Below, piece by piece: positions 41,181 to 46,862 of a DNA stretch of 46,862 nt (the stretch's first letter is position 1; each line of letters starts with the position of its first letter). The stretch lies in the IMG/VR virus record IMGVR_UViG_2721755711_000004. One strand, given 5' to 3'. The notes below the pieces were generated by a model. It was not told the origin of the DNA. It ran no database searches and saw nothing but the letters and a program-made list of their open reading frames with translations. A program made the translations under genes and the position numbers. The DNA comes from a virus (taxonomy: Duplodnaviria > Heunggongvirae > Uroviricota > Caudoviricetes).

Positions 41181-41336
41181 ATGGATACTATCGATCTTGG
41201 CAACAGCGAATCTCTGGTATGTGGCGTGTTCCCCAACCAGGACGGTACGTTCACCGCGATGACGTATAACAAAAGCAAAACGTTTAAAACCGAAAATGGT
41301 GCCCGTCGCTGGCTGGAAAGAAACTCAGGTGAGTGA
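41181..41336 (+). CDS. ydfA: YdfA-like small protein
   Basis: 51 aa from MDTIDLGNSESLV...; first gene of the ydfABC-dicF-dicB cluster. Confidence 0.6.
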   Translation: MDTIDLGNSESLVCGVFPNQDGTFTAMTYNKSKTFKTENGARRWLERNSGE

Positions 41337-41337
41337 T

Positions 41338-41466
41338 ATGGATTTCGACACAATCATGGAAAAGGCTTACGAAGAATACTTCGAAGGTCTTGCCGAAGGC
41401 GAAGAAGCTCTCAGCTTCAACGAATTTAAACAGGCGCTTTCCAGTTCGGCAAAATCTAACGGCTGA
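41338..41466 (+). CDS. ydfB: YdfB-like small protein
   Basis: 42-aa ORF found by manual translation (MDFDTIMEKAYEEYFEGLAEGEEALSFNEFKQALSSSAKSNG). Confidence 0.55.
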   Translation: MDFDTIMEKAYEEYFEGLAEGEEALSFNEFKQALSSSAKSNG

Positions 41467-41495
41467 TAAGCGAAACAGCACCGCGAGGAATCAGT

Positions 41496-41714
41496 ATGCA
41501 GAAACGAGAACCCGTCATCATCGCGCCAGACTATACCGATGATGAACTTTATGAGTGGATGCACCAGAAAATTAATGCAGCGCAGGATCTGAAATGGGCC
41601 AATGAAGCCAGGGCTAAGCAGGCTGAAAATCTGTCCGCTCTGGAGCAGGATATCACTAATCTGGAAAAAGCAGCGGCATTAAGCATTGCCAGAATGATTA
41701 CATACCCGCGTTAA
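41496..41714 (+). CDS. ydfC: YdfC-like protein
   Basis: 72-aa ORF, third gene of the cluster. Confidence 0.65.
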   Translation: MQKREPVIIAPDYTDDELYEWMHQKINAAQDLKWANEARAKQAENLSALEQDITNLEKAAALSIARMITYPR

Positions 41715-42054
41715 TAGCTAACCAACGAAGCTAAGGTTGGTAATTAAGGAGTTCTCCACGGATGAGGTGGAGTGCGTGCGCCGGACACGGGTGAGCATCC
41801 GGCACAGACAGTTTACTGAAAGGATATTTCCCTGAAAGGTCAGACCATAACGCGAAAGCGCACGGCGAGGTAGCTGGTTCATAGATAGCCTGTCGTTAAA
41901 TTTTCGTCGACCGTGCGCTTCCGGTTGTGGCAATCCGCGAAATGGCGCGGCGGTAAGTATGGCGGGGTTATTCCTTCCCCGTTGAGGACACCGGGTTGTC
42001 AGGTTGACCATACGCTTAAGTGACAACCCCGCTGCAACGCCCTCTGTTATCAAT

Positions 42055-42112
42055 TTTCTGGTGACGTTTGGCGGTATCAGTTTTACTCCGTGACTGCTCT
42101 GCCGCCGTTTTT
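42055..42112 (+). ncRNA. dicF: DicF small regulatory RNA
   Basis: TTTCTGGTGACGTTTGGCGGTATCAGTTTTACTCCGTGACTGCTCTGCCGCC followed by a T-run matches the DicF sRNA as recalled; lies between ydfC and dicB. Confidence 0.8.
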
Positions 42113-42281
42113 AAAGTGAATTTTGTGATGCGGTGAATGCGGCTAAGCGCACGCGGAACAGTTAAAACCAAAAACAGTGTTATGGGTGGATTCTCTGTAT
42201 CCGGCGTTAATTGTTAACTGGTTAACGTCACCTGGAGGCACCAGGCACTGCATCACAAAATTCATTGTTGAGGACGCGATA

Positions 42282-42470
42282 ATGAAAACGTTATTACCAA
42301 ACGTTAATACGTCTGAAGGTTGTTTTGAAATTGGTGTCACTATCAGTAACCCTGTATTTACTGAAGATGCCATTAACAAGAGAAAACAAGAACGGGAGCT
42401 ATTAAATAAAATATGCATTGTTTCAATGCTGGCTCGTTTACGTCTGATGCCAAAAGGATGTACACAATGA
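42282..42470 (+). CDS. dicB: cell division inhibitor DicB
   Basis: 62 aa, MKTLLPNVNTSEGCFEIGVTISNPVFTEDAINKRKQERELLNKICIVSMLARLRLMPKGC.. Confidence 0.85.
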   Translation: MKTLLPNVNTSEGCFEIGVTISNPVFTEDAINKRKQERELLNKICIVSMLARLRLMPKGCTQ

Positions 42471-42658
42471 ATTCAGCATTTGCGCTTGTTCTGACAGTTT
42501 TTCTTGTTTCCGGAGAGCCAGTTGATATTGCAGACAGTGTTCACAGGACAATGCAGGAGTGTATGACTGCAGCAACCGAACAGAAAATTCCCGGTAACTG
42601 TTACCCGGTCGATAAAGTTATTCACCAGGATAATATCGAAATCCCGGCAGGTCTTTAA
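42467..42658 (+). CDS. ydfD: YdfD small membrane (lysis-associated) protein
   Basis: 63 aa from MNSAFALVLTVFLVSGEP...; its ATG overlaps the dicB stop (ATGA). Confidence 0.7.
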   Translation: MNSAFALVLTVFLVSGEPVDIADSVHRTMQECMTAATEQKIPGNCYPVDKVIHQDNIEIPAGL

Positions 42659-42751
42659 AACAGTTCCGTAATAAATATCCGGTTTCATTCTTATATGCCA
42701 GCAATGGCAGGGATTTGTTCATCCTTAAATCTGTCATGAGGTTAAAACAAA

Positions 42752-45223
42752 ATGAGTAAAGTCTTTATTTGCGCCGCTATTCCTGACGAACTGGCAACAA
42801 GGGAAGAAGGCGCTGTGGCTGTAGCCACAGCCATTGAAGCTGGCGACGAACGCCGTGCTCGAGCAAAATTTCACTGGCAGTTCCTGGAACATTATCCGGC
42901 TGCTCAGGACTGCGCTTATAAATTTATTGTCTGCGAGGATAAACCTGGCATACCCCGCCCTGCCCTCGATTCATGGGATGCTGAATATATGCAGGAAAAC
43001 CGCTGGGATGAGGAGTCTGCTTCTTTTGTCCCGGTTGAGACTGAATCCGATCCGATGAACGTCACTTTTGACAAGCTGGCCCCTGAAGTACAGAACGCTG
43101 TCATGGTTAAGTTCGACACATGTGAAAACATCACCGTTGATATGGTTATTAGCGCACAGGAATTGTTGCAGGAAGACATGGCAACATTCGACGGACATAT
43201 CGTTGAAGCGTTGATGAAAATGCCAGAAGTTAACGCCATGTATCCGGAGCTTAAGTTGCACGCCATTGGGTGGGTTAAGCATAAATGTATTCCTGGTGCT
43301 AAATGGCCCGAAATTCAGGCAGAGATGCGCATCTGGAAAAAACGTCGCGAAGGTGAACGCAAGGAAACCGGAAAATACACGTCTGTTGTTGATCTCGCCC
43401 GCGCCAGAGCCAATCAACAGTACACTGAAAATTCAACAGGAAAAATCAGCCCGGTCATTGCTGCCATTCATCGCGAATACAAGCAGACATGGAAAACACT
43501 GGATGACGAACTGGCCTACGCTCTCTGGCCTGGTGATGTGGATGCCGGAAACATTGACGGCAGCATCCATCGCTGGGCAAAAAAAGAAGTTATCGACAAC
43601 GACCGCGAAGACTGGAAGCGTATCTCGGCATCAATGCGCAAACAGCCTGATGCCCTTCGCTACGACCGCCAAACTATTTTTGGCCTTGTCCGTGAGCGTC
43701 CGATCGACATTCACAAAGATCCCGTAGCACTGAACAAATATATCTGCGAATACCTGACGACAAAGGGCGTGTTTGAGAATGAAGAAACAGACCTGGGCAC
43801 TGTTGATGTTCTCCAGTCATCAGAAACACAAACTGATGCAGTGGAAACTGAGGTATCTGATATCCCAAAAAATGAAACCGCGCCGGAAGCTGAACCATCT
43901 GTAGAGCGTGAGGGGCCGTTCTATTTCCTCTTCGCAGATAAGGACGGAGAAAAATACGGTCGCGCAAACAAACTTTCTGGTCTGGATAAGGCACTGGCTG
44001 CTGGCGCCACTGAAATCACAAAAGAAGAATATTTTGCCCGAAAAAATGGCACATACACGGGCTTACCGCAAAATGTAGATACCGCTGAAGATTCAGAACA
44101 ACCAGAGCCGATAAAAGTTACCGCTGACGAAGTAAACAAAATTATGCAGGCAGCCAATATCAGCCAGCCTGACGCCGATAAGTTGCTTGCTGCATCACAT
44201 GGTGAATTTGTTGAAGGGATTAGTGACCCGAATGATCCGAAATGGGTTAAGGGGATCCAGACCCGCGATTCTGTGAACCAGAACCAGCATGAATCGGAAC
44301 GGAACTACCAAAAAGCGGAACAAAACAGCCCAAATGCGTTACAAAACGAGCCAGAAACGAAACAGCCTGAACCAGTGGCGCAACAGGAAGTGGAAAAAGT
44401 CTGCACCGCCTGCGGTCAGACCGGCGGCGGCAACTGCCCTGATTGTGGCGCGGTGATGGGCGACGCAACATACCAAGAAACATTCGATGAAGAGTATCAG
44501 GTTGAAGTTCAGGAAGATGATCCGGAGGAAATGGAAGGCGCTGAACATCCACACAAGGAGAACACTGGCGGCAATCAGCATCACAATAGCGATAATGAAA
44601 CTGGCGAGACGGCAGATCACTCAATTAAGGTGAACGGTCATCACGAAATCACATCCACCAGCAGGACGTGTGACCATCTAATGATCGACCTTGAAACCAT
44701 GGGAAAAAATCCTGATGCACCGATCATCTCAATAGGTGCAATATTTTTCGATCCGCAAACCGGAGATATGGGACCGGAATTTAGTAAGACTATCGATCTG
44801 GAAACTGCTGGCGGAGTCATTGATCGGGACACCATTAAATGGTGGCTTAAGCAATCACGCGAAGCACAATCGGCCATTATGACCGATGAAATCCCGTTAG
44901 ATGATGCACTGTTACAATTGCGGGAATTTATCGACGAAAACTCCGGTGAATTTTTTGTTCAGGTTTGGGGAAATGGAGCCAACTTCGACAACACGATTTT
45001 GCGCCGTTCATACGAACGGCAGGGGATCCCCTGCCCGTGGCGTTACTACAACGATCGCGATGTACGCACAATCGTTGAGCTGGGGAAAGCCATAGATTTC
45101 GATGCCAGAACGGCTATTCCATTCGAAGGTGAGCGCCATAATGCCCTTGATGACGCCCGTTACCAGGCAAAATACGTTTCAGTTATCTGGCAAAAACTGA
45201 TCCCGAGTCAGGCTGATTCTTAA
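42752..45223 (+). CDS. ydfE: large exonuclease-family protein with C-terminal DEDDh 3'-5' exonuclease domain (full-length YdfE-like)
   Basis: 823 aa; C-terminal Exo I/II/III motifs (MIDLETMG, WGNGANFDNTIL, HNALDDARY), a central zinc-ribbon (CTACGQTGGGNCPDCG) and an acidic linker. Confidence 0.65.
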   Translation: MSKVFICAAIPDELATREEGAVAVATAIEAGDERRARAKFHWQFLEHYPAAQDCAYKFIVCEDKPGIPRPALDSWDAEYMQENRWDEESASFVPVETESDPMNVTFDKLAPEVQNAVMVKFDTCENITVDMVISAQELLQEDMATFDGHIVEALMKMPEVNAMYPELKLHAIGWVKHKCIPGAKWPEIQAEMRIWKKRREGERKETGKYTSVVDLARARANQQYTENSTGKISPVIAAIHREYKQTWKTLDDELAYALWPGDVDAGNIDGSIHRWAKKEVIDNDREDWKRISASMRKQPDALRYDRQTIFGLVRERPIDIHKDPVALNKYICEYLTTKGVFENEETDLGTVDVLQSSETQTDAVETEVSDIPKNETAPEAEPSVEREGPFYFLFADKDGEKYGRANKLSGLDKALAAGATEITKEEYFARKNGTYTGLPQNVDTAEDSEQPEPIKVTADEVNKIMQAANISQPDADKLLAASHGEFVEGISDPNDPKWVKGIQTRDSVNQNQHESERNYQKAEQNSPNALQNEPETKQPEPVAQQEVEKVCTACGQTGGGNCPDCGAVMGDATYQETFDEEYQVEVQEDDPEEMEGAEHPHKENTGGNQHHNSDNETGETADHSIKVNGHHEITSTSRTCDHLMIDLETMGKNPDAPIISIGAIFFDPQTGDMGPEFSKTIDLETAGGVIDRDTIKWWLKQSREAQSAIMTDEIPLDDALLQLREFIDENSGEFFVQVWGNGANFDNTILRRSYERQGIPCPWRYYNDRDVRTIVELGKAIDFDARTAIPFEGERHNALDDARYQAKYVSVIWQKLIPSQADS

Positions 45224-45295
45224 TGTTCAACTGTCGCCGGTTGTGACTGGTATTCTGCAACCGGCGCTCGTCTGATGTAAGAGATAAAGAAATCG

Positions 45296-45547
45296 ATGAG
45301 CGAAGTAATCATGATTGTCTCTCCCGGCAAATGGGTATCCGAAGAGCAGTTAATTGCGCTGAAAGGAATAAAAAAAGGTACGTTAAAAAAGGCCCGGGAA
45401 AAATCGTTTATGGAAGGAAGGGAATATAAGCATGTCGCTCATGACGGTATGCCATGGGATAACAGTCCATGCTTTTACAACCTGGAAGAAATTGATCGCT
45501 GGATTGAGCGCCAGGCATCAGCGAGACCAAGACGTCATCTTACTTGA
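45296..45547 (+). CDS. excisionase-like protein
   Basis: 83-aa basic protein immediately upstream of the integrase gene. Confidence 0.55.
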   Translation: MSEVIMIVSPGKWVSEEQLIALKGIKKGTLKKAREKSFMEGREYKHVAHDGMPWDNSPCFYNLEEIDRWIERQASARPRRHLT

Positions 45548-45581
45548 CTAAAACCCACACTAACTAATGAGAGAAGTTGAA

Positions 45582-46862
45582 ATGAAATATCCGACAGGCG
45601 TGGAAAACCATGGAGGGAAATTACGTATCTGGTTTGTTTATAAAGGCGTAAGAGTCAGGGAAAATCTGGGGGTTCCTGACACAGCAAAAAACAGGCGCGT
45701 TGCAGGTGAACTACGCGCCTCTGTTTGTTACGCAATAAAAACTGGTGTTTTCGACTATGCAAAACAGTTTCCCTCCTCACGCAATCTGGAAAAATTTGGT
45801 GAGGCCCGACAAGATTTAACCATAAAAGAACTGGCTGAAAAATTTCTGGCACTGAAAGAAACTGAAGTCGCCAAAACATCACTCAACACATACCGTGCCG
45901 TCATCAAAAATATCCTGAGCATAATCGGTGAAAAAAATCTTGCCTCATCGATTAATAAAGAAAAATTACTGGAGGTTCGTAAAGAGCTACTGACTGGATA
46001 CCAGATCCCCAAAAGTAACTATATTGTTACACAACCAGGGAGATCGGCTGTAACTGTAAATAATTACATGACAAATCTTAACGCCGTGTTCCAGTTTGGT
46101 GTTGATAACGGTTACCTGACAGATAATCCGTTTAAGGGGATCTCGCCATTAAAGGAATCAAGAACCATTCCGGATCCTCTTTCGCGGGAGGAATTTATCC
46201 GTCTTATCGATGCGTGCAGAAATCAGCAAGCAAAAAATTTATGGTGTGTTTCTGTTTATACTGGCATTCGCCCTGGTGAGCTGTGTGCACTTGGATGGGA
46301 GGACATAGATCTGAAAAATGGAACAATGATGATCAGGAGAAATTTAGCAAAAGACCGTTTCACGGTACCAAAAACACAGGCGGGAACCAATCGGGTCATT
46401 CATCTTATTAAGCCAGCAATCGACGCTCTCCGGAGTCAGATGACATTAACGAGACTGAGCAAAGAGCATATCATTGATGTTCACCTCAGAGAGTATGGCA
46501 GAACAGAAAAACAAAAATGCACCTTTGTTTTTCAACCTGAAGTGTCAGCGAGAGTAAAAAATTATGGTGACCATTTTACCGTTGACTCAATAAGGCAGAT
46601 GTGGGACGCAGCGATAAAACGTGCCGGACTCCGCCATCGAAAATCATATCAGTCGAGACATACTTATGCCTGCTGGTCGCTGACAGCTGGTGCTAACCCG
46701 GCATTTATAGCAAACCAGATGGGCCATGCAGATGCGCAAATGGTATTTCAGGTATACGGAAAATGGATGTCTGAAAACAATAATGCACAGGTAGCTTTGT
46801 TAAATACACAGTTAAGCGAGTTTGCCCCAACCATGCCCCATAACGAAGCAATGAAAAATTAA
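45582..46862 (+). CDS. intQ: tyrosine integrase
   Basis: About 426 aa with the catalytic R...H.xR...Y signature (RHTYACWSL, GHADAQMVFQVY); start taken at the second ATG, which has a purine-rich RBS. The stop is the last codon of the window. Confidence 0.85.
   Translation: MKYPTGVENHGGKLRIWFVYKGVRVRENLGVPDTAKNRRVAGELRASVCYAIKTGVFDYAKQFPSSRNLEKFGEARQDLTIKELAEKFLALKETEVAKTSLNTYRAVIKNILSIIGEKNLASSINKEKLLEVRKELLTGYQIPKSNYIVTQPGRSAVTVNNYMTNLNAVFQFGVDNGYLTDNPFKGISPLKESRTIPDPLSREEFIRLIDACRNQQAKNLWCVSVYTGIRPGELCALGWEDIDLKNGTMMIRRNLAKDRFTVPKTQAGTNRVIHLIKPAIDALRSQMTLTRLSKEHIIDVHLREYGRTEKQKCTFVFQPEVSARVKNYGDHFTVDSIRQMWDAAIKRAGLRHRKSYQSRHTYACWSLTAGANPAFIANQMGHADAQMVFQVYGKWMSENNNAQVALLNTQLSEFAPTMPHNEAMKN

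Overview
The window is almost entirely one lambdoid prophage in reverse orientation, closely matching the gene order of the E. coli K-12 Qin prophage but with intact head and tail modules. From left to right it contains: the 3' part of the host transporter gene ydfJ (1..1284); ydfK and a Pin invertase; tail fibre and tail genes (stf/tfa, lom, J, I, K, L, M, H, G-T, V, U, Z); head and packaging genes (protease-capsid fusion, portal, W-like, large and small terminase); an accessory/lysis block (ydfO, gnsB, cspI, Rz/Rz1, endolysin, ydfR, holin, cspB, a frameshifted cspF); Q antiterminator, ydfU, rem, hokD; a replication/immunity block (O-like initiator with internal iterons, YdaT-like, divergent Cro-like and CI-like regulators); then ydfABC-dicF-dicB-ydfD, a full-length ydfE-like exonuclease, excisionase and integrase ending at the window edge. 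All calls rest on reading the supplied ORF translations and DNA by eye; no database search was run. The most interesting feature is an AT-rich insert (about 34.6-37.9 kb) at the position where K-12 Qin carries relBE-ydfV-flxA. It holds an overlapping two-gene operon encoding a minimal nucleotidyltransferase (GS...DxD...hEhhP motifs, CD-NTase/SMODS-like) followed by a 2-TM membrane protein (SLATT-like). This is a candidate signalling-NTase plus membrane-effector anti-phage module, flanked by an integrase remnant and a tRNA-like fragment.
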